Assembly: GCF_004010195.1 (NCBI RefSeq)
Contig: NC_057749.1
Coordinates: 22,262,738 to 22,286,186 of the forward strand
Reading direction: 5' to 3'
Source of the DNA: Chiloscyllium plagiosum
Lineage: Eukaryota
DNA length: 23,449 nucleotides
The notes below the pieces were generated by a model. It was given only the letters and a program-made list of their open reading frames with translations. It was not told where the DNA came from and did no database searches. A program made the position numbers and the translations under genes. This document shows, in pieces, positions 1 through 10,300 of the stretch. The stretch's first letter is position 1. Every line of letters starts with the position of its first letter.

Positions 1-318
1 GAGAGTGGAAATTGAGGTGTTTAAAGAAGGAGGCCATCTGTTGTGTTCAGTGGTGGAATTAGTCCTCCTGGGAGCAGATGCAGAGGAGGAGTTGGGAATA
101 AGGGATAGCTTTTTCACAGGAGGTAGGGTGGGAGAAGGTGCATCCAGGTCGCTGTGGGAGTCAGTGGGTTTGTTGTAGATGTCCATGTGGAGTCGGTCAC
201 CATTAATGGAGATGGAGATATCCGGGAAGGGGAGAGAGGTGTCTGAGATGGTCCAGGTGAATTTAAGATCGAGGTGGAATGTGTTAATGAAGTTGAGGAA
301 CTGTTCAACCTCCTTGTG
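1..318 (-). mobile_element. Penelope-like retroelement fragment (C-terminal part of the RT domain), degenerate
   Basis: The minus strand reads ...EVEQFLNFINTFHLDLKFTWTISDTSLPFPDISISINGDRLHMDIYNKPTDSH..., matching the PLE RT 'FINxFHPxLKFT...LPFLD...YxKPT' motif. It runs off the window edge. Confidence 0.85.
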
Positions 319-1197
319 GTTATGACCAGACCAAACCCCCTCAAACTATTCAGAAGATCCTGGAGACCTTAACTTTTTCTTAGTTTAAAGATACCTGTAA
401 GGTGTTGTGTTCTGGATGCAATTTGATTGGTCAAACCACCAGATTTGAATCAAAACACTTTATCATCCACTGCAGTTAAAATACAACAAAAGAAAGAAGG
501 TATTGGAATAACTATATTTGAACCCTAAACAGAGTAATAGACTATTTAACTACTAACCAGTAACGTTCCAATACAGACCCATAAATATTCCTCGCTAAGG
601 CAAAATGGGTTGTCTCTCAGGCTATTCTCCAGTCCATGAGGAGAAACATCAAGAGAAAACACCAAGAGACAGATTAGCAGGGAGAGATGTATTGCAGGCC
701 CCCAAACACAGCTTACACCACAGTGGCTCAGTGGTTAGCACCACTGCCTCATAGCACCAGGGTCCCAGGTTCAATTCCAGCCTCGGGTGACTCTCTGTGT
801 GGAGTTTGCACATTCTCCCGGTGTCTGCATGGGTTTCCTCCCACAGTCCAAAGATGTGCAGGCCAGGTGAATTGGCCGTGCTAAATTGCCTATAGTATTA
901 GGTGCATTAGTTGGGGGTGTGGGTTACTTTTTGGAGGGTCAGTGTGGACATGTTAGGCCGAAGGGCCTGTTTCCACACTGTAGGTAATATAATCTGCCAC
1001 TGACAAACTGAAAATAAAAATCCTGGTTCCTTGGGAGCTTGTTCCGCCCATTCAGGCTGCGTCTATTGTTCCAACCTTTTTTAAAAAGCCCCCAAGGCCT
1101 CACAATCTGTTTACTGTATGGGCTTTCCATAGACAGCTCACTGCCTCTCAGAGAAAACAAAACAAAATCCACCTCTTAAAGCTATCCTACCATCACT
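318..1197. mobile_element. Putative solo-LTR-like shark repeat, interrupted by an HE1 SINE
   Basis: Non-coding block starting (t)ggttatgaccagaccaaaccccctcaaa. It resumes after the SINE (~996) and ends ...cctcttaaagctatcctaccatcac. It resembles a dispersed shark LTR-type repeat from memory; termini are decayed and no clear TSD is visible. Confidence 0.4.
717..995 (+). mobile_element. HE1-family SINE (tRNA-derived V-SINE)
   Basis: A-box tggctcagtgg, B-box ggttcaattcc, V-domain ctgtgtggagtttgcacattctccc, and 3' tail gggcctgtttccacactgtag. Confidence 0.9.
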
Positions 1198-1224
1198 GCT
1201 GCTCCTAATTGCTGTGTTTCATAC

Positions 1225-1318
1225 CTTTCCTCAGGTGAGGAATACTCCTCTCAGTCATTATAGTGATCCACTTGTCCGCATCAAAAGTACGGTTCTTCAC
1301 TGCAGCTTCATGCAGGGT
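1225..1318 (-). CDS. ANXA2-like: Annexin exon, 94 bp: [31 protein letters not shown](G..)
   Basis: Acceptor gtttctcctcAG, donor GTatga. Aligns with ANXA2 [31 protein letters not shown]. Confidence 0.93.
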
Positions 1319-4300
1319 CTGAGGAGAAACAATTCAACAATGAGCCACCTCCAAAATGGATGCAGTGCCCCACCCTCCCCGACTTTGCAACTTCCTCCTA
1401 GGCCTGTGGTCTGTAACCCAGTCCCAGGCTTGTGCACCCAGGATGGGGAGAGTCTGGCACAACATCCAAGGGGGGAACCAACGCGTCTGAAGCAACTGAA
1501 GCTACTGCAGGTCACCGAGCGAGAACGCAGTCAAATCAGTGGTTGCCACCATCTCCCACCACCCCAAGGTTGGGTTGGGGTGGGGAGGGGCGAAACGGGT
1601 TGGCTGGAAATGCTGGCTGCATCACTTCAAGTCTCACCAAACCCCCCAGGCTGAGGTACCCCAAAGCCAGCCAATCTGATGTCAAATCCATCGCTGGTTA
1701 TGGAGGGCGAGCAAGGGGTGGAGTTAACTGGCACATTATCGAGGATTAACCTACCCGTGCATCCATATCGATCAGCTCATTATCGACCACATTGGAGGGA
1801 TCTGGACGATTCCCCTGTGCACAGAAAGACCACGTAAAATTCACACAGTCAAATTTAAATCCATGTCACACTTTGTTTATATAATTCTGGTCAAGCCATG
1901 GTCTGTGCTGTGGCCCGATTGATGTCTACAGTTGGACCACCTTCACCTCTAAATCCAATCTGTTTCCCTTTGTATTCTTTGACTATTCATGTTTCTTTCA
2001 TACAATTCCTACAGTGTGGAAACAGGCCCTTCGGCCCAACAGATACACACCAACCCTCCGAAGAGTAACCCACCCAAACTCATTCCCCATTACTCTACAT
2101 TTACTAATCCCTGAACACTATGGGCAATTTAGCATGGACAATTTAGCTAATCTACACATTCCCAAACACTATGGGCAATTTAGTATGGCCAATCCACCGT
2201 AACCTGTACATCTTTGGACTGTGGAAGGAAACCGGAGCACCCGGAGGAAACCCACGCAGACACGGGGAGAATGTGCAAACTCCACACAGAGAGTCTCCAA
2301 GGCTGGAATCGAACTCGGGTCTCTGGCGCTGTGAGGCAGCAGAGCTAACCACTGAGCCAGCGTGCCATCCCAATCTCACTGCGCTTTGGCTGTGGATCCT
2401 TGTTTGATCTTCAGCCATTCCCAGTGATGTGTTCTCCATCCACTTCCTCTCCGAGGGGTACTGTTGTCGGCAGAAGGGAGACTGGGATGATCCGGTCAGT
2501 GAATGTACTTCGCATTGGACCACAGAGCAAGCCTGACCCTGACTGAAGCAGCCTTCAAATGATCACAGTGGTCTCTACAAGTAACCTCATTCACATTTGA
2601 ATCTCCAAATCAACACCCATAGGATCTATAGAACGCCTTTGGCCCAACAAGTCCACACTGACCTTCTGAAGATGAACCCGTCCAGACCCATTCCTCTACT
2701 CTATTATCCAATATTCAGCTAACCTACACATCCCTGAGCACTATGGGCAATTTAGCATGGCCAATTCAGCTAACCTACACATCCCTGAACACTATGGGCA
2801 ATTTAGCATGGCCAATTCAACTAATCTACACATCCCTGAACACTACGGGCAATTTAGCATGGCCAATTCAGTTAACCTACACATCCCCAGTCACTATGGG
2901 CAATTTAGCATGGCCAATTCAGCAAACCTGCACATAGGCTGCAACATGTAGTGATTGTAACCAGGTCAGCCAGGTGGAATTCATAGAATATGGGTTCCCA
3001 GATTGGGGCTGTTAATCTCGTCCAATCAGGGAGCCCTGGCTGACCTATAAAAAGAGTGAGAGACAGAAATACAGGTAGAAGATCCTTTATCTGAACATCC
3101 AAAAACCAAAAAGCTCCGAAATCCGAAGGTTTTTTTGTGAAGTTTATTTATCTCATTAACAAGGTGGTTTGGTGAACCCAAATCCACGCCCACTCGATGT
3201 GTGTCACTCAGATGTGGCATGGGCAGTGGTGGGGGGGAGCATGGCCAAGCACATTCTTAGTTAGAAGTCTGCTTCTCCGGTAAAATTTTTAAAAAATTTC
3301 ACCATTAAATTGTCACTATTCCGAAAACCGAAAAATTCCAAATTCCGAAAAAACAGCTGGTCCTGAGCATTTTGGATAAAGGATCGTCTACCTGTACTGA
3401 CACTCAGATACCTGACTCTGAATGGGGCTGTGCTAAAGGCAAGGACCATTCACATGTAAATAAAGGTCAACTTGGTGACGGGATACCAGCCTCTCTCGAG
3501 TTATTTCACAAAATATCTTTTGTAATCAAACCACTACCATCCCGGTAATACTCAGAGGCTCCATGGTCTGTATTTAATCATGTGTTTCATGAAAGATTTG
3601 AATTAGTCCTGAGCTATTCGACAGCACTTTCCAAATCTGCAAACTCTGCCTTCGGGAAGAACAAGGCCAGCAAGTACACAACCACTTGCAGGTTCCCTCC
3701 AAATCACTCGTCACCCTGACCCAGGGCAGTAATGCAGCCTCACCACCTGGAGTTCCCTCCTTAAGGGAGTTGTAGATGTCCCTTACAGCACCTGGACTGC
3801 AGCAGTTCAAGAAGGCAGCTCATCACTACCAACCCCCATCACTGCTAACACGGAGCTGTTTTGTTGTAGTTTAGTCTGTAGTCACTCATTCTCCCACATG
3901 GAGAGCTGTTGACATGGCTATGGTGTTTTCAGGATATGGGGCGCCTCAGAGGACGCATTGTCATATTTTTCCCTCACAGACTCAACTCAAAAATGCTGTT
4001 GGCATCCAAATGGAGTTGGCAGAAAGAAGTATCGGGAGTCCGTGTGTAAATGCAGTTCTTTCTTCAATAATAAAGAAAAACTGTCACTGTATAGGTAAGG
4101 ATTGGAGGGATATGGGCCAGGAGCAGGTAGGACTAGCTGATTATGTTCTCAATGGACTGAAAGATACTTCCATGCTCTATGACCCTATGAACATGAGGAA
4201 TCATGGGTAGTGTTCAAAAGAAATACGAGATGTACAGATGGATATGGATAGCTTAGGTAACTGGGCCAACATTTGGCAGATGAATTTAACACGGATAAGT

Positions 4301-7300
4301 ATGAGGTTGGCTGGAGGAATAGAAAGGAAACCTACCAGCAAGATGGAGAGAAGAGTGATTAGGAAGACAAATGCTGAGCCAGCCAGCAACTCCGAAGAAA
4401 GCCATCAGTGTGAGGTACATGTAAGTTATTGATGCTGAAAGAAGGAAGTGGACAGTTTTAAAGATTGACTTATTTTAATTTGGTCAGCTGCATCATTGGA
4501 TGATCGGGTTTAATTTCTGTCCTGACCAGGCCGAGAGAGTTCGGGGTGGTGGCAAACTGCTGAACTTTAATCCAGAAGCAGACAGCATTCTTTTTTTTTA
4601 AGATTACATACAGTGTGGAAACAGGCCCTTCGGCCCAACCAGTCCACACCGACTCTCCGAAGAGCAACCCACCCACACCTATGCCCCTACATTTCCCCCT
4701 TCACCTAACACTATGGGCAATTTAGCATGGCCAATTCACCTAACCTGCACATCTTTGGACTGTGGGAGGAAACCGGAGCACCCGGAGGAAACCCACGCAG
4801 ACACAGGGAGAATGTGCAAACTCCACACAGACAGTTACCCGAGGCAGGAATTGAACCCGGGTCTCTGGCACTGTGAGGCAACAATGCTAAACTTCTTTGG
4901 GATAGTATTTCCACAGAGAGTTCCCTGCCTCTTGTCCTGTCTTTAAGAGATTAGGGGGAGGTCGAAAAGGGTGGTGCTGGAAAAGCACAGCAGGTCAGGC
5001 AGCATCTGAGGAGCAGGAGAGTCAACGTTTCGGCTATAAGCCCTTCATCCTGATGGAGGGCTTATTCCCAAAATATTGACTCTCCTGCTCCTCAGATGCT
5101 GCCTGACCTGCTGTGCTTTTCCAGCACCACCCTTTTCGACTCTGACTCTCCAGCATCTGCAGTCCTCACTTTCTCCTTTGAGAGATCAGGTAAATGCCAC
5201 AGGATCCTTTGCAGAAACAGCACTCAGTGATACTGGGACACCTCATCGCGACTGGAGTCTGGAACAGCTGCACGAGAAAGTGACCCCCACGACTGGGAAA
5301 GTTGTTGAATAAATGCAACGGCAAAGCTGGTAGGTATAGGGAATGTCGGATGACTGGAGAAATTGAGGTTTTGTCAAGAAAAAGAAGGAAACATATCAGG
5401 TTTGGACAGCAGGGATCGAGTGAATCTCAAGCAGATTATAAAGGCAGTAGGAGTATACTTAAGAGGGAAATCTGGTGGGCAAAAAGGAGACATGAGATAG
5501 CTTTGATAAATAGGGTTAAAGAGAATCCAAAGGGACTTTACAAATATATTAAGGGCAAAACAGTAACTAGGGACAGAAGAGGGACCCTTAAAGATCAGCA
5601 AGGCCATCTATGTCTGGGACCGCAGGAGATGGGGGAGATACTAAACAAGTATTTTGCATCAGTGTTTACTGTGGAAAGGGACATGAAAGATAAAGAATGT
5701 GGGGAAATAAATAGTGACATCTTGAAAAATGTCCATATCACAGAGGAGGTGATGCTGGACGTCTTAAAATACATAAAAGTGGACAAATGGATTGAGGAGT
5801 GGCAGATGGTGTTTAATTTAGATAAATGCGAGGTACTGCACTTTGGAAAGGCAAATCAGGGCAGGACTTATACACTTAATGGTAAGGTCCTGGGGGGGGG
5901 GTGTTTCAGAACAGAGAGACCTTGGAGTGCAGGTTCATAGCTCCTTGAAAGTGGAGTCGCAGGTAGATAGGATAGTGAAGGCGGCGTTTGGTATGCTTTC
6001 CTTTATTGGTCAGAGTATTGAGCACAGGAGTTGGGAGGTCATGTTGCGGCCGTACAGGTCATTGGTTAGGCCACTTTTGGCATACTACCTTCAATTCTGA
6101 TTTCCCCACTATAGGAATGATTTTGTGGAACTTGACAGATTTCAGAAAAGACTTACAAGGATGTTGCCAGGGTTGGAGGGTTTGAGCTGTAGGAAAAGAC
6201 ACTCTGGGGGCGGTTTTTCCGGGAGTGTCAGAGGCTGAGGGGTGACCTTACAGAGATTTATGAAATCATGAGGGGCATGGAGAGTGTGAATAGACAAAGT
6301 CTTTTCCCTGTTATGGGGGCAGTCCAGGACTAGAGGGCATAGGTTTAGGGTGAGAGGGGAAAGATATAAAAGAGACCTAAGGGTCAATTTCTTCCTGCAG
6401 AGGGTGGTGTGTGTATGGAATGAGCTGCCAGAGGAAGTGGTGGAGACTGGTACGATTGCAACATTTAAAAGGCATCTGGGTGGGTATATGAATAGGAAGG
6501 GTTTGGAGGGATATGGGCTGGGTGCTGGCAAATGGGACTAGATTAGCTTATGATGTCTGGTCGGCATGGATGAGTTGGACTGAAGGACCTATTTCCGTGC
6601 TGTGTATTTCTATGACTCTGTGACTCTGAATCGAATAATGTAACATATTATTCGGGATATACCTTTGCTAGGATACAAAGAAGCTTGGCAAAATGTCCAG
6701 AAGTATCTTCCTTGACGTCCATAATCATATCTTTCTTGTAAACTGCAAACAGAAACATTTTACAGTCATTAATAATAAGGATTTCCACTGGAGGGTGTTA
6801 AGACATTGTGTGAATATTTATCCCATCATTATCACTCTGCCATCCGGGAGAGAAAAGGCTGATGATAACTGAATTCGATTAATAAATATGGGAATATGCG
6901 TCCAATCTTAGTCAAAGGTACCATAAGAACTATTAGCAACTGTTGTAAAAGCTTACATCTGGTTCATTGAGGTCGTTTAGGGAAGGGAATCTGCCATCCT
7001 GATCTGCTCTGGCCTACATTTGACTCCAGACCCACAGCAATGCTATTGACTCTTAACTGCCCCCTGGGTAATTAGGGATGGGCAATAAACGCTGCCTAGC
7101 CAGTGACACACAAATCCAACAGAACTGAATGAAAATGTTGGAACATCATAAACTTGTTTCTCTAATATTCCTAGGTTAGATCTAAAAGCAAACATCACCA
7201 GCTGAGCACGTTAACTCCCCCTCCCACTCCGCCAAGGACATGCAGGTCCTTGGCCTCCTCCATCGCCAGACCCTGGCCACACGATGCCTGGAGGAAGAGC

Positions 7301-10300
7301 GACTCATCTTCCACCTAGGAACCCTCCAATCACAAGGGATGAATGCAGATGTNNNNNNNNNNNNNNNNNNNNNNNNNNNNNNNNNNNNNNNNNNNNNNNN
7401 NNNNNNNNNTGGCACACCAGCCTCATTCCTGAAGAAGGGCTTATGACCGAAACGTCGATTCTCCTGCTCCTCGGATGCTGCCTGGCCTGCTGCGCTTTTC
7501 CAGCACCACAATTTTCAACTCTGGTCTTCAGCATCTGCAGTCCTCACTTTCTCCCAACACTAGGTTATAGTCCAACAGGTTTATTATACTAAATACTGGG
7601 GCACGGTGGCTCACAGTGCCAGGGACCCAGGTTCGATTCCATCTTCGGGCGACTGTCTGTGTGGAGTTTGCATGTTCTCCCCGTATCTGTGTGGAGTTTG
7701 CATGTTCTCCCCGTGTCTGCGTGGGTTTGCGTGTTCTCCCCATGTCTGCGTGGGTTTGCGTGTTCTCCCCATGTCTGCGTGGAGTTTGCTCTGGTTTCCT
7801 CCCACAATCCAAAGAACCAGGATGTTGCCTGGTCTGGAGGGAAGCTTCTATGAGGAAAGGCTGAGAGACTTGGGTCTGTTCTCATTGGAAAGAAGGCGGC
7901 TAAGAGGGGACTTGATAGAGACATAGAAGAGAAAGTCCTTTTTCCTGGGATGATGACGTCAGTGCGTACGAGGGGGCAGGTTGAGGGGTGATAGATTTAA
8001 GACAGATGTCAGAGGCAGGTTCTTTACTCAGAAAGTGGTAAGGGCGTGGAATACCCTGCCCACCAATGTAGTTAACTCAGCCACATTAGGGAGATTTAAA
8101 CAATCCTTGGATAAGCACATGGATGATGATGGGATAGTGTACAGGGACGAGCTGAGAATAGTTCACAGGTCGGTGCAACATCGAGGGCTGAAGGGTGTGT
8201 TCTGCGCTGTATTGTTCTTAGTTCTGTGTTCGATGTGCAGGTTAAGCTGGATTGGCCATACTAAACTGCCAATAGTCTCTCTGGATGTGCAGGCATGGTG
8301 GGTTAGCCATGGGATATATACCTTACAACTAACATCCCAGACACCACCATTACCATCCCTGGATATGTCCTGTCCCACGGGCAGGACAGACCCAGCAGAG
8401 GTGTTGACACAGTGGTGTTGACACAGTGGTATACAGTCGGGAGGGAGTTGCCCTGGGAGCCCTCAACAATGACTCCAGACTCCATGAAGTCTCAGGGCTT
8501 CAGGTTAAACATGGGCAAGGAAACCTCTTCCTGGTTACCACGTACCATCCTCCTTCGGCTGATGAATCAGTGCTCCTCCATGTTAAGCAACACTTGGAGG
8601 AAGCACTGGGGGTAGCAAGGGCACAAAGTGTATTCTGGGTGGGAGATTTCAATATCTATCACCAAGGGTGGTTTGGCAGTAGTATTACTGATCAAGCTGG
8701 TCAGGTCCTAAAGGATATAACTACTTGACTGGGTCTGTAGCAGGTGGTAAAAGGAACTACAAGAGGAAAACACATAACTGACCTCATCCTTACTAATCTG
8801 CTGACTGCAGAACCATCTGTCCATGACAGTGTCAGTAAAAGTGACCGCCACACTGTCCCTATGGAGACAAAGTCCCATCTTCACATTGAGAATAACCTCC
8901 ATTGTGTCGTGTGGCCCTATCACTGTGCTAAATGGGACAGACTTTGAATCAATTTAGCAGCTCAAGACTGGGCTTCCATGAGGCGCTGTGGACCATCAAC
9001 AGCAGCGGAACTCTACTCCAGCACAATCTGTAACCTCATGGCCCGGCATATCCCCCGTTCAACCATGACCATCAGGCCAGGGGATCAACCCTGGTTCAAC
9101 AGAGGGTGCAGGAGGGCATGTCAGGAGCAGCTGGAAAAGCGCAGCAGGTCAGGCCGCATCCAAGGAGCAGGAGAATCAACGTTTCGGGCATAAGCCCTTC
9201 TTCAGGAATGAGGAGGGTGTGCCAATCGGAGTGGACTGAGTCCGAGGGTTGGGACTGAGATAAGGTGGGGAGAGGGGAAATGAGGAAAGTGGAGAAATCC
9301 GCATTCATCCCTTGTGGTTGGAGGGTTCCTAGGTGGAAGATGAGGTGCTCTTCCTCCAGGCGTCGTGTTGCCATGGTCTGGTGATGGAGGAGGCCAAGGA
9401 CCTGCATGTCCTTGGCGGAATGGGAGGGGGAGCTAAAGTGTTCAGCCAGGAGCAGCATCAGGCAGACCTGAAAATGAGGTGTTAACCTGCTGAAGTGACC
9501 AAACAGGACTACTTGCATTCCATGCAGCCTAAACAGCAAGTGATAGACAGAGCTAAGCGATCCCACAACCAACAGATCAGATCTCAGCTCTGCAGTCCTT
9601 TCACATCAAGCCGTGAATGGTGGTGGACAATTAAACAACTCACTGGAGGAGGACACTCCATAAGTATCCCCATCCTCAATGATGGAGGAGCCCAGCACAT
9701 CAGTGTAAAAGATAAGGCTGATGCATTCACAGCAATCTTCAGTCAGAAGTGGCGAGTGGATGATCCATCTCGGGCTCCTCCAGTGGTCCCCAGCGTCACA
9801 GATACCAGTCTCCAGCCAATCCGATTCATTCCACGTGATATTAAGAAATAGCTGGAAGTACGCAATGCTGCAAAGGCAATGGGCCCTGAGAACATTGCGG
9901 CAATAGTACTGATTGACGTGGGCTCCAGGAACTGCCGCTCCCCTCGCCAAGCTTTTCCAGTACAGTTACAACACTGGCATCTACCCGACATTGTGAAAAA
10001 TGCCCAGCTACGTCCTGTAGACAGAAAGCATGACAAATCTCACCTGGCCAATTACAGCCCAATCAGTCTACTCTCGATCATCAGTAAAGTGATGGAAGGG
10101 GGTCAGTAACAGTGCTCTCAAGCAGCAGCTGCTCAGCAATAACCTGCTCAGTGACGCTCAGTTTGGGTTCCACCAGCTCCTGACCTCATTACAGCCTTGT
10201 TTCAAACATGGACAAAAGAGCTGAATTCCAGAGGGGAGGTGAGAATGACAGCCCTCGGCATCAAGGTCACATTTCACCAAGTATGGCATCAAGGAGCCCT

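Noticed and set aside
1319..1331. CTGAGGA-GAAAC hammerhead-like words
   Set aside because: No stem II lies between the two core halves; this is the antisense of the annexin splice acceptor.
1214..1749. Plus-strand ORFs of 146 and 105 aa
   Set aside because: They lie antisense to an annexin exon and its intron and show no recognisable domain.
5302..5940. 212-aa ORF as a functional protein
   Set aside because: It is a CR1 ORF2 remnant with the RT core deleted and a frameshift at the G-run near 5892.
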